Shown: positions 50,737-63,507 of the stretch, piece after piece
How the letters are laid out: each line of letters begins with the position of its first letter
How positions within the stretch are numbered: position 1 is the first letter of the stretch
Assembly (NCBI RefSeq): GCF_964213995.1
Contig: NC_135808.1
Location: forward strand, 23,498,001 to 23,562,000
DNA: 64,000 bases
Source of the DNA: Mustelus asterias
Lineage: Eukaryota
Direction: 5' to 3'
Notes under the pieces: generated by a model
Told to the model about the DNA's origin: nothing
Databases searched by the model: none
What the model saw: only the letters and a program-made list of their open reading frames with translations
Position numbers and translations under genes: made by a program

Positions 50737-53700
50737 ACCACACCTTCACTTCAGCTGCACTTCATACTGCTGCCTTCAGTCAGGAATTGACTTCTGAGGT
50801 TGAGATGTGCTCTCTGGGTGGCAGTAATTTGACCTTGGATGTAGCTGCCCTCTTCATCTGCTGCAATTTGTTAAATAAGTCAAGTGGGGGAATTGATTCA
50901 ACTTATTTTCAAACTTCTTCAAAAACTCCAAACAATGTTGTCACTCAGAATAATACAGAAGCTCAAGCCAAACAGCACGTCAAACACGTTCCTCATTGTC
51001 CAGGAGCAGGTGGTGTTGAGCAGGTGGTGTTGAGCCATCTTACGGTGCTACTGCAGTCCAACTGCCTGTTAGGCAGGGAGTATCAGGATGTTAATGTAGT
51101 GACCATATGATCAGTGAAATAAGCCCTTATGCTTTGTTGTTTTAAACTGGAAGTAAAGGTGATTTGTCTCCATGTAGTTATTGCCTTTCTCATTCCAGAT
51201 GGTAAAGGTTGCAGGTTTGGAATGAGCTGTGGAAGGAGAGATTGTTCTCTCTTTCGAAGAGAGTTGTTCCAGTGCATCTTATATATGTGCACACTGCAGC
51301 AAACGTGCACTGGTAAGGAAGGATTGAATCTTCATGGTGGCAGAATGGATCACGTCCTCTGTGGTGTGGAGCTTCTTGGGTGTTGTTGGAATCACTTTCA
51401 TCCGGGAAAATGAAGATTTTTCAATCAGACTCCTGACTTGTGCCTTGCAGAGGGTGAACAGTGTTTGAGGAGCCAGGCTGTGATCTACTCCTTGCAGCAT
51501 ATCCAACTCCGGTTGCATGTGTATCCACAGAACCATGTCTTGTGTATGACACTTCCGAAATGATTACCATTGCCTGGCACTTCTGTGTCATAATGGTTTT
51601 CGCCACTTATCAGCCTAAGTCAGAATCGTGCTCATTCCTGCTGTATATGGACGATGACTGTTTCAGTATCTGAAGAGTCATGAAGAGTACTGTGAACTGG
51701 TGAGCAGTTAGCTGACACTCCCATTTAGATCCCATGATGGTAGGGAAGATAACCGATGATGCAGCTGAATATAGTTGGGCCTAGAACACTATGCCTTGGA
51801 TTCTTATCTTTTGCCCATGTTTGACCGAGGGTGTAATTAGTTCGGGAACCAAACAGTTCCGGCAGAGCTCATCCCGAGCAGCAATGAGCAAGATAATACT
51901 GAGTTAATCCTGATTGGTGCCATTGTCAGAAACATCTTCAACCGTTGATGAGGACATAGCTTATTTGGCCTGATTGAATGCTCTTTGTGGACGGGAACAT
52001 AGTCCTTCAGGGGTTGAGCATGCAGGCCTGAGAGCCAGCTCCGCCAGTCAATAAGATCATAGTGGGATCTCAACTCCACTTTTCTATCTGCCCACTGCCC
52101 ACTCCCTCCTATAACCCCTGACTCCAATGCCTCTCAAAGTTGTCTCGAGCTCTGTCTTAAATACTTTGATGTCCCAGTTTCCATTGTTTTCTGGTGAAGA
52201 GCATCCCAGATAAAAATGACAAATTGAGTGAAAACAATTGTCCTCATCTCCATCTTAAATGGTAGACCGTTTATTTGTAAATTGTATCCCCTAGTTCTAA
52301 TCTCTCCCACAGGTGCCGCCTCAGCCATGCCATGTCGAGCCGCAATAACGTTTTCCTACTTCTACATTCCATTTCCCTCGCAATGAACACAAACATTTTA
52401 TTTGTCTTCCTAATCACTTGCTGGACCTGCAGGTTACCTTTTCTTGGTACATTTTGCAGGACAACTGTGCCACTGAGTTGTGCAAACCTTTTCACTTGAA
52501 ATTGGATCCTGCCACGTGAACAAGGTCCCACTTCCCACATTGTACTCTAGCCATTTTATGCACGGTCACTTAACCTGCTGGTGTCCCTTTCCAAGGTTTC
52601 TATCTCCTCATGGCAACTAATGTTCCGAATTTTCTTGGTACGTTTGAACATTTATCTCCCATTCATTTGTTCCCTTCATCCGAACCATGAATGCAGATCA
52701 TAAATAGTTAAAAGCACTGGCCCCTGAGGCACTCCACTACCTACCCCGAAAAATATCCATTCACGCCTATTAAGTAACCCATCCTTTACCCATAATAATA
52801 TGTTACACGCTGCACCAAGCAGCCATATTCTGTGTCGTAACAATTGATGTTGCACCTTATCATGTTTTGAATTCTAAGCACCCCATATCTACTGAATCCC
52901 CCCTTGTCCACGAAGTATTTTTATTCCTAAAAAAATAGTTAAACACTATTTGTTTTGTACGAAACCAAGTTAACTCTGCCTAGTCAAATTATTGTCTTTT
53001 AAATATCCTGCTATGGTCTCCTTCAAAATGCATCTTTTCTTTTTACAGGACATGTCATGGAAATTTACAGTAAATTTCACTCTTCCCCGAGTAACCAGGC
53101 CTGCAATCTGAAAATGAAAACCCATTTTACTCCACAACTCCCTCTGAGTCATGAGTTGAATGACCGAATGAGCTCGAATCCATATTCTCAGTTTGTCATG
53201 AACGACAAGCGGGCAGGCAGCACGATATTCAGAGCTCCCGGCCGCTTTTGTTTCTCTGAACGTAATTTGAGGAAAGATATGAAATTCATTTTGAAATGCA
53301 TTACAAGCTTTTTATAGCATTTCCCCGCCCCCACGATCGCCCACAATCCGCCCCCCTCCCCCAACGACTCATTTTTGCAGTGTCTTTTTGCAGTGTCTCC
53401 CACGACTCCTTTTGCAGCCTCTTTGTCACCCTGTACGGTTCTTTACATCTTCTGTGTCATCAAGACTTGTGTCATGTTTGTATTTTTTATGCATATCTTT
53501 ATTTTTGTATTGTCTATTACCTCTTTATCCTCCACAGCTGTTTCTGTTGGCAGCTGCGCCTCTTGCTCTTTAGGGGCAAAAGACTGTTCTATTTCATGTT
53601 AGATTCATTTTTTCACACCTACCTATTTTCTATCATTTTAAACATTGTCAGACTTGACAATTTATGTGGACCATTTTTGAATGTCGGCATCCACCTTGTC

Positions 53701-55859
53701 TGAGCCGAGGATCTTAATATCTGTTGAGCACACCGCCACCGTTGTCTACCCTCATCCCCACTCCGCCCACCAGTCCTTTTCAAAACATTCCACTCAGTGG
53801 ATCCTTTTTTGAAGACTAGGAATGGGAATCAACTGATCGGAGTCATAACTTACATAAAGCAAGATGGTTGTAAGCTTTTAATGTCTCAATGTAGCAAGAC
53901 CGAGACAATATCCAGGCTTCGGCTGATAGCTGGTAAGTAAGATTCGCCTCTCATATGTTCTGGCAATGACCAACTCCAACAAGAGGTTAATCTAACCGTC
54001 GACGCCTTATATTCAATGTTATTACGATCGCTGAATCCCCTACGAACAACATCCTGAGTTACCATTGTTGAGAGATTGAACAACTCTCGCCTTACTAATA
54101 TTGTGGCAACAAGAGCAGGTCAGAGGTGAGGATTCCTGCAATGAGTAATTAGGCTCCTGAATGCCCAAAGCCTGTCCACCATCTACAGGGCAGAAATCAG
54201 GAGCGCGACGGCATGCTGCCATTTGCCAGGGTGAACGCAGCACCAGTATTCTTAAGTAATTTGGCCTCATTCAGGGCAAAGCAGCCGCTTGATTGATACC
54301 ACTTCCACAAACATACACTTTATCCACCACCGACACACAGTATCAGTCATGTGCACTATCGAGAAGATGCACTGCAGGGACTCACCAAGCCTCCTTCGGC
54401 AACAGCTTCCAAACCGACGACCTCTACCATCTAAGAAGGCTGGAGAAACAGATACCTGGGGAGACCTCGACCCGGAGGTTTTCCTCCAAGCCAATTAACA
54501 TCCTGATGTGGAAATATATTGCTGTTGCTTCACGGATGAACACCCTGGAACTCCATCCCTACCAGCACTGCAGGTGTACCTACACCGTAGGGACTGCAGT
54601 GGTAAGAAGGCATTCTACCATTTTGTCAAGGGCAAGTATGAGTAGACAATAATTGGTAGTCTTGTCAATGATGCCCATATCCTGTAAATTATATAAATGC
54701 CCTCCATATTAAGTATGTGCCTGCATTTAATTTTGTTCTGTATTCTCCAAGCATCTTCATAAATAAAGTACATTTGGGCCAAAAAACCCTAACTTGTCCA
54801 TTTACTATCAAGTTTCATTCACACATTTCCTATTGCTCTCCCCTGGGTCAATTACTTTACATCGAATCTTTTCCCTTTCAACAGCATTGCCCAGTGCATA
54901 ATTTCTAACTGCTGTTCTACTCTTTTCTCTTTTGTTCATCCTTGAACAACTCTTTTTCTCTTTATTGTTTCCTGTGTATTTCAAGATATATATTCGTTCA
55001 TGTGATTTGGCAAGGCTGGCAAGACCGTTATTGCCCATCACTAATTGTCATCGAATTGTCATCGCTCTGGCCATTTCGGAGGTCAGTTAAGGGTCAACCA
55101 CATTGTTGTGAATCTGGATTCATATCTAGGACGGCAGCTTTCCTTACCTAAAATGTCATTAGTGAACCTGATGAGTTTTTGTGACAACTCATGATAGTTC
55201 AGTAGCCAGCATTACTTTATACAAGCTTTCAATGTCAGATTTAGTAATTAATTGAATTATATTTCTACCAGTTGCCGTGGTTGGACTTCAGGAGATATCA
55301 CCTCAGCATTAACCTAGGCCGGTGGATTCATAAGCCATTGGGTCACCATCTCCTCCCATATTCTCTGTTCCAACTTTTTCACCTGAACTATCTCTCTCTC
55401 ACTTACTGGTTCATTCTCCTTGTCGTCATCTTATTTATCGTTTCTGCGAGGACACCAATCCCACTTCCATTCAAGTGGAGACCCTTCAACGGTGCAGTCC
55501 GAGGCTTTACAAATCTGAGTGCCTGTGCCCCATTAAATGAAATAATGCTTTCCTAAACCACTTCTTCAGTGACACTTTTGCCAGGATAACCTATTGATCA
55601 TTCTGATAACTATTATGTGACTCGATGAACAATCAAGATATAATAGCTCTTGAGCTCCTGTTTTGATTTCACTCCTTGCTTGTTGCAGTCTTCAAACAGT
55701 ATCTTTCTCCTATACTTTACTTTTTTTCTTGATGGCTCACAGTGATTGGATGTTCCTCCAGAAAATCCACTTTGTTCTCAGCCAGGATGGAACCTTCTGA
55801 GACCTGACACCGGTTAGGAAATGCAAGCCTTCCTGCTCCCAATTACAGTTACTGAAATT

Positions 55860-56260
55860 GAACAGTTTTAGTGGCTCTATTAATGTGTTGGTTTGTGTTA
55901 GTTTGTGGGGTTATGTTAGTTTGAGAATCGGTATTAGTTTGTGCTCCTATATTAATTTGAGGGGCTGTATTAGTTTGTGGGACTGTTTTGGATTCAGGAT
56001 ACTTATGCGTTTGATGTTCTTTATTAGCTTTAAGGACTGTAGTATCTGAGGGATTGTATTTGTTTGAGGGTCATTATTTTTTGAGGACCTTTATTAGTTT
56101 GAGGGACTGTATCAGATTGAGGGTTTGTATTTGTTTGAGGGGGTGTATCAGATTGAAGGTATGTCCCAGTTTGATGGACTGCATTAGTTGAAAGCTTGTC
56201 CTGATTTGATTGGCATGTCTAATTGTGGGGTGCTGTATAATTTGAGCTGCTGTATCAGTA
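55860..56260. repeat. Degenerate 18-bp minisatellite (TTTGAGGGACTGTATTAG)n upstream of gene C
   Basis: Reverse complement of the 20.2-kb array. Confidence 0.85.
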
Positions 56261-56662
56261 AGTGCTGCTCAGTTAATTTGAAGAAATATTACCTGGAGTT
56301 GCTGCGTTAGTTTCAACTACGGCCTTCGTGAATCTCTGAAAACTGACGAGTAAAATTCACACTCGAAAGTTCAGAATTTATTGACTGAATGAGCACATCA
56401 GAATGGAGGAAATCACAGAAACCATACGTATTCTCGATATGGGACTGATGGAGTTTGATCATATCCAATTGATTCGAAATTGCAGTGTCCATTTACGTTA
56501 GCCAGTTAATGTTATCAAAATTGTCTGGATTTTGGGATTTTCCAATGGAATCTCAGTAGTAAATACATATTGCCATAACAGGTACGTGAATCAGTCATCC
56601 ATTTTTTTTTCTGCCACTTAAAAATAAATGAAAACAACTTGGAGAATTTGGTAACCTTATTC

Positions 56663-56690
56663 TCCCTGTGGAGATTTCATGGGGTATAAA
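56663..56690 (+). promoter_or_regulatory. Putative gene C core promoter: TCCCTGTGGAGA motif plus TATAAA
   Basis: Motif conserved at a similar distance (82-104 nt) upstream of the ATG in A (19827-19838) and B (49823-49834). Confidence 0.55.
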
Positions 56691-56755
56691 TGAAAGGCTC
56701 TGAGGATGTATCACTCAGAGTTTAATTCAAAGGATAGATCACATCACAGTAAAGT

Positions 56756-56819
56756 ATGGAAACATTTGAGATGATCAGAAAAATATACTACATGCTTCTT
56801 GCTGTCATCGGTGTCCCTG
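56756..56819 (+). CDS. gpr139-like: Gene C exon 1 (METFEMIRKIYYMLLAVIGVP + 1 nt)
   Basis: 64 nt from ATG to a GTAAGT donor at 56820; paralogous to gene A exon 1; TATAAA at 56685-56690. Confidence 0.9.
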
Positions 56820-57067
56820 GTAAGTGAACATGACGTTTGAAATTGTCTTCATCGATGAGTATGAGCTCATCTCCGATTTTACGCTGATTTGGTGGTCACC
56901 ATTATACAAACACAAAATCAATGATATTTTAAGTCGTGTCCTGAATTAAACTTATGGTTATATTATTTTACCTCAACTGAAAGTAAGACACCAAGTAATT
57001 GCTCATAGTGGAACGCTTTGTATAACACAATAGATTTTAGCATCGTGAGCTAGCAAAGTGAAGCAAA

Positions 57068-57520
57068 TACTGGGAGTAACTGTCACTGCAGTATTGTACC
57101 GAGACTGGATGTTAACCGAAATGTACCACTTGACCCCCAATGGTCATGATTACTGGGTGTCTCTTTCACTGTAGAATTGCACAAAGTGTTGGTCATTAAC
57201 TAGAGTGGAACACATGATCCCAGTGATTATGTATTACTGGGGGTGTCTGTCACTGAAGCATTGTACTGCGTATGGATCACTAACTAGACTATAACACCTG
57301 ATCAGGACCACATATTATTGTGAGTAACTGTCTCACAGTGTGGGTCTTAACTGGAATGGAACTCCCGACCTCAGTGACCATATATTACAGGGAGCATCTT
57401 TCACTGTGGAATTGTACTGAGCGTGTGTCTCTAACTGGAATGGAATTCCTGATGCGAGTAACCACGCATTGCTGGGTATATTCGTCATTGTGGAATTGTA
57501 CTGAGAGGTTTACCTACGTG
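57068..57520. repeat. Degenerate tandem repeat, unit about 83 bp, about 6 copies, in the gene C intron
   Basis: TACTGGG..TGTCACTG..GAATTGTAC recurs near 57068, 57151, 57235, 57315, 57386 and 57470. Confidence 0.7.
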
Positions 57521-59102
57521 AGTGGAACCAAGTGGTTTCTCTCATGAAACTGCTGCTTTAGGTGAATGATCTCTCCAATCCATGGAGCCGTCACTGTGAT
57601 TCACGGATGTTACCGATGGCAATGGAGGAATCCTTTGCTGTTGTGTGACATTTTCTATTACTTGCATAAAATAGAATATATTCGTGTTACTGAAAGAAGA
57701 GACATGTGGAGTGTTTTGTTTTGCACTCCTCAGGACACTTTGCATCAATATCTACCTCAGGACTATGCCCTGATGTCAGCAAGACAAAAAACTTTATCAT
57801 CTCACTTTTTTCAGCAACACTTCCGTTCTGTACTATCAGATGACTATTTATATTCGTACTGCTCTGTTCCATTCTGAACTGCATTAACAGAAACTCATGG
57901 TAATTGTTTTCTGAGAGGCACACCTTCAAGGGAGCACTGGTACTATCCCCTATTCTGATGATTATTAATGAAAATTCTTTACCTTCTCATTATCATATTA
58001 TCAAATATTTCCTCCCTTACCAACATTTGATTATTATTAAGATTTTCCTTCAATGTATTCACTATTGTTGAACATTGAATTGGAGAACTTCATCAATTTA
58101 ATTTTTTCCTCCCTGTTATCTCTGACTACATGGGTTCACAACCTCCATTCAAAAGATTGTTATGAACCCCTTCACCTTGCCCGGATACTGGGACAAAAAG
58201 GTTGTTTTCTGATCCAAGATCTGGCATACATTCCGACCTAGGCCGTCCAGTTACAAACATTTCCACAAACCCGCGGGTCAGAACCAGGGGATGCAGCTGC
58301 AAATGACCTGTGAACTGGCTTCCCAAATGCACCACTAACCCGGGGATGTGGGATTATTCCAAGGGTGTTCCATTGCAATGCCTTGAAAAAAATCAGGATA
58401 CCCTCACAAACCTTGAAGTGGTATTAGACCTAACAATTTCACTCAAATCCCATTCCAACCCCAGACGACGTTCAGTCTTGGGGCTCCAATTACCACATAA
58501 TACTCCAATTCTCAGATCTCTGGTGATCCAATTCTCCCCCAACCTTCCCCCCGCCTCCCTCCCCACTCCCAGCCGTGCAGGGATCCACTCACAGTGAGGA
58601 TCGGAATATCTGCCCAACTGCAGTGGAGGCAGGGCTGCGGATGGGGGGTGGGGGGGAGGGTGCGGGGTGATTCCAAAGGGTCTGAATGGCATCTAACCCA
58701 GTGTTGGGGGATCTGTAGCCCAAGGGTACAGGGATTGCGAAAGCTGGGTGTATTTAAATGGAATCAAATAAGGAAAAAAACGTGCCTGGCCAGGGTAACA
58801 TCTGTGAATCACATTCAATCAGAGACTTCTGTCATCGTTAAATAATTAACATTCCATCTCGTCTACTTGAGTGGCTGTTGGTCCCTTCTCTCTCGCCCAA
58901 TCTCTTTCTATCTGGCAGTCAGCAGTTTGAAGATGGGATTGAGATACTTTAACGAATATCCCCGAGCACCACACGCATACACACGCACACGCGCTCACAC
59001 ACACGCACACGCGTGCACACACATGCACTCACTGAATTAGATCACACAACAAGAATGTTTGGTTGATAATTTCTAACCTATTACCCATTATCTCCCTTAC
59101 AG

Positions 59103-60043
59103 TCAATTTACTGACAACTGTGATCCTGTCCCGGGGAATGTGTGGCCTCTCCACCTGCACCACTCGTTATTTGTTCGCCATGACATTGTCTGACCTAACA
59201 TTCAATTTCATTGCGGTGGTACTGTATCGGATCCGTTCATGTTATTTCCCAGGATCTTTTCTGGACATCACCCCTGTGTGTCGTCTTGTCGGTATGCTGC
59301 TTTATGCAGCTGGAAACTGCTCGACCTGGTGTACTGTCATGTTCACCTTTGATCGCTTTGTGGCCATTTGTTGTCAGAAACTGAAAATAAAATATTGCAC
59401 TGAGAAAACTGCAACTGTGGTTCTATCAACAATCTGCATCCTGAGCTGGTTAAAATGCATTCCCTATTACTTTGCATTTCAACCTGGCGTGATAATTAAC
59501 AATACTCCCTGGTTCTGCACAAGGAATCCAAGCTATTTTACTGACCCAGCTTGGGTGGCATTTGACTGGCTTAGTAAGGTTTCAACTCCATTTCTCCCAT
59601 ATATTTTAATTCTGTTGTTCAATGCTCTGACAGTCAGATACATTTTAGTGACCAATCGTGTCCGCAAAGGACTGATGGGTCAGAACAAGGGGGAGAATCA
59701 CATTGACCCAGCGATGGAGAGCAGAAGGAAGTCCATGATTTTACTCTTCACCATATCTGGCAGCTTCATACTTCTGTGGCTTTTATATGTGATCAACTTC
59801 TTATACTATAGAATTACAGGAACTTATCCCGTAGACTACAATGATTCTTCATCTATTTTTAAGGAAGTCGGATCTATGCTGGCTGAATTAAACTGCTGTA
59901 CAAACGCTTTTATTTATGGGGTGACTCAATCTAAGTTCAGGGAGCAGTTCAAGAGTTTAGTGAAATATCCGGTTACATTATTTATTCAATTTATGAATAA
60001 AGAAAGCAAAAGAGGGAAGCTCCTCCATACTTCGATCAATTGA
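59103..60043 (+). CDS. gpr139-like: Gene C exon 2: GPR139/GPR142-like GPCR; spliced protein 334 aa
   Basis: Branch-point-like TTCTAAC at about 59071, polypyrimidine tract, AG at 59101-59102. Open frame with DRF, WFC, CCTNAFIY and KFR. 64+941 = 1005 nt in frame. Confidence 0.9.
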
Positions 60044-62579
60044 ATCGTATGAAGAATCATTTTGAATCAAAAAATGCCCTCTAGTGGCAGTTGTTTCCAT
60101 GGGAAACAGGAGCTTTAATTCATTTTGAAGCCAGATGGTGAAGTATTGAAGTAGGTGATGATCCTTCAATCAATAATATAGTTTTTTTCACAATGGAACA
60201 CTGCATTTCTGCATGTCCTCTTTAACAAAAAAAAACAATGTCCAAAATATCTCTCTTTGCACACTTTAGATTAACTAATTGACTCATAAACTACCCCTCA
60301 AAGAGGAAATGTTTCTTTGTAATTTTTTGAGTGGTGTGATTAAACACGACAACTAATTGGCAAATTAATTAATGACAGGAAATCGTGGTAATATGAAAAA
60401 TTAAGGAAATGTAATAATTGAGAATATGTTCTGTGGTTGTACGACTTTTATTGTTTAGAAATGGAAACTGTGCAGTTGCAGAGACAACTGTGTTTATGCA
60501 ACCAGTGTTTTTGACATGTCAATAATCCTTACAATGATGTATACACGTTTAGCAGAGAACTTGCTCACAATGCAAAGGTTTCACTAAACATGTCAGAAGA
60601 TTGAAGAAGGGGATGAGGTTTGAACTTCACAATTACATTCCAAATCGTGAACTCATGAGACGAAGTTAATTAGGAATGACTTCTGAGGAGGTTAGTTCTG
60701 AGAAAGGTTGATCAAAATGGGAAACAGTATATCGGGACCTATGCATTTTAGCTGTTGTGGGAGCTCAGTCTACAGAAGGAAAAGCTGTGTGAACTCCCAT
60801 CAGACCCTGTAGGAAAGCCTGTTTGGCAAACCGTTCCTTCTGTCATACCTGAGAAGAAATCCCAAAAGTTTTAACTGCCTGGTGTGGTAACCATGAATTG
60901 CTCTGAAGTTAGGGAAGATAGAGAGATTTGGAACTGGGTACTGGGCACCTCTAAAATGCTGTGTGTGGCTATTAAGTTAGTCAAGTGTATTTCGAGTTTC
61001 ACTTTCGTGTGTGCTTTGTTATGAAATACACAGTCATTTTATTTCATTTAAAATCACTACAAAACGTTTAGGACATACTTTTTTGATTTTTTCCATCCTT
61101 CCTCACATTATACCAAACAGCAAAATACAGTTGAGAGCCCGATTCTCAACATTTTCAAACTTCCCGATTGGAACTTGGAAGAACCGTAGTGTCCAACATT
61201 CTCTGTGCCATTAAATATGAACCAATTAACAAATTAACGAAATAAACGAGCTGACAGCCCTTTTTTGAAGGTGTACCACAATAAAATGACAGAACTGTAA
61301 AAAAAACTATCAAAACCTACTCTGAATCTCCACGTGAAGCCTATGTAAACAAAAATGCATTAACTCCGTTTCAACAAAACATTCCATCAGCGAAAATTTT
61401 ATCATTATCCGATATTCTCAAAATTTGAGCTGCCAGTTCCCCAGACAAACTTGGACCGTATAAAACAGAATGAATTTTTAAACATACCACTTTCAAGAAA
61501 CTTGATTAAACTACAATTCTTAAAGGTTCAGTGTCATCAAAGATCCCCCCTTAAAAGTGAACCAACAAGATGTAAATATGGCTTCATCTTACAAAACCTA
61601 TAGTTTTTACACTAATTGCACCCTGTGGATGGAGAAAGAATGGCGTACCGGTGCCCGGCTGACCCTGCCCAAAGTGCACCGCACCCCCCCCCCCTCCAAC
61701 TCCACCCCCCCCCCCCCCCCCGCCGCGCCAACTCCCAACCTCTCGGGGGGTCTCAACAGCCTGCGGTCCCACGAATGAGGCCATCATGCCAGGCCTAGAT
61801 TGCTTGGGACAATCTGTGATTCCCGATCGTGTGAAGCTCCACGGGCGTGGTCGGAACCATAAGAGAGCCTGGTCAATATCGTCACGGACTTGCTAAATAG
61901 TTTAAATTAGGCTATAAATATTTAAATCAGCCTCCTCCCTTTCCCGGCACAAGGCTAATTGTGTCAGAAAAAACCATAGCGCGGGAAGATCAGGACCGGC
62001 GTTCAGTTTTTGGCGTGATTTTGGCCTCCTGCTTAAATTTCCGGCCCTTGGCGTGGCAGAGTTGATGGGGATGAACTTGCTGCTTGCAATGCACTCAAGT
62101 CCGTCGTGGAGAAAAGGGAGGGAGGTGGAACGGTAATTTACAAAGGCAGTGGGGTGAGGGCCAGATTTAAAGATGGGGGAGTGGTTAGAGTAGAGTCCAG
62201 TGAGTGAGGGAGGGAGCCTAAGGAGAGAGAACAACGAACAATTTCAGCTACCATGAGAAACCAAGAAGGAAGCTGCCGCTGTTTACCTGAGCAGCCACCC
62301 ATGTGCGAAGCTACTGAATTCTGTCCCAGTTCGGATCCTTCACCCTGGTTGCGAGCCACCCACCACAGCACCTGGGCTGGACACGTCCAGACATAAACAA
62401 TCTCCACCAATGCTGGAGGGCGAGGGAGAGAAACAGCAATGACAAACACACGGGAAATGTAAGACTCAATAAAATGTATCTAACCAAAAATAAATCAATT
62501 CACAGAAATATACATTTGCAACCACTTGAAAATTTATGATTAGTTTTATCAACTCGTGTTTGTCTCCCTGAGTTGAGAA

Positions 62580-62958
62580 TCAAACCAGTGATCGTGGAAG
62601 CGAGACCGTGGTCTCCTGGACTCCTTGTGATCTCCTGGACTCGTTTCGATCGCCTCAGGGGGTCGGAGAGGAATTTTTTTTTTCCCCATATTGGCCCTGG
62701 GGTTTTTCACTCTGGGTTTTCGCCTCTCCCTGGAGATCACATGGTCTGGAATGGGGGGGTGGGTTAATAGGTTGTAATGAACAAAGCATCGTAGCTGTGA
62801 GGGACAGCTCGGTGGATAGGATATTGGTATGTAGATAGGCTGGAAAATTGGGCGGGGATCCTGGATTCAGGATTCAATCCTGGACCGGGGAGCGGCGCGG
62901 GCTTGGAGGGCCGAAGGGCCTGTTCCTGTGCTGTATTGTTCTTTGTTCTTTGTTCTTT
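62580..62958 (+). mobile_element. Young CR1-type 3' end or CR1-mobilised short element
   Basis: GGGCCGAAGGGCCTGTTCCTGTGCTGTA followed by a (TTGTTCT)n tail; CpGs retained. Confidence 0.6.
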
Positions 62959-63507
62959 GTGGTCACTGTTTGCCTGTTGTCCCGATCGGGGCGGTCTGAA
63001 TCCACCCTTGAACATCCCACCGCCACAGTGGGAATTTTTAGGACCCAGTGATGCCTGGTTTAATTTTGTTGATAGCAATCTTGGGATAAATATTATATTC
63101 GGGTACAGGAAGCACAATCTTTTAACATTTCGCTATTTTAAATACCGCTGTCAAGTTCTCATTCAGCCTTTTATCAAGAGAGAAGAAACCCAACTTGTCA
63201 AACATTTTCCAGATATCCACAGCGATAATCTCTGGAAATTTTCTCGACACATTCTCCATGGCCTCGGCATCCTCTTTGTTACATGACACCCAGAGTTGCA
63301 TGCAGTAGTCTGTCACTTTGTACTCGCCACTCTGAACACTTTAAACGTGCCCTAAACATGTTTTGATGCAGACTGAGTATAGCTTCACTGCATTTCAGTT
63401 CTCTCCCTCGACAAACAAAGCTCTGTGCCTTCTTTGCTTGTTTTATGGCCTTGCGACACAATGCTGCAACTTTTATTGATTGAGGTACTTGTTCTCCAAG
63501 ATTGGAG

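Noticed and set aside
59063-59102. N-terminal extension of the 326-aa ORF
   Set aside because: Non-ATG start, overlapping the branch point and polypyrimidine tract; the real exon 1 is at 56756.
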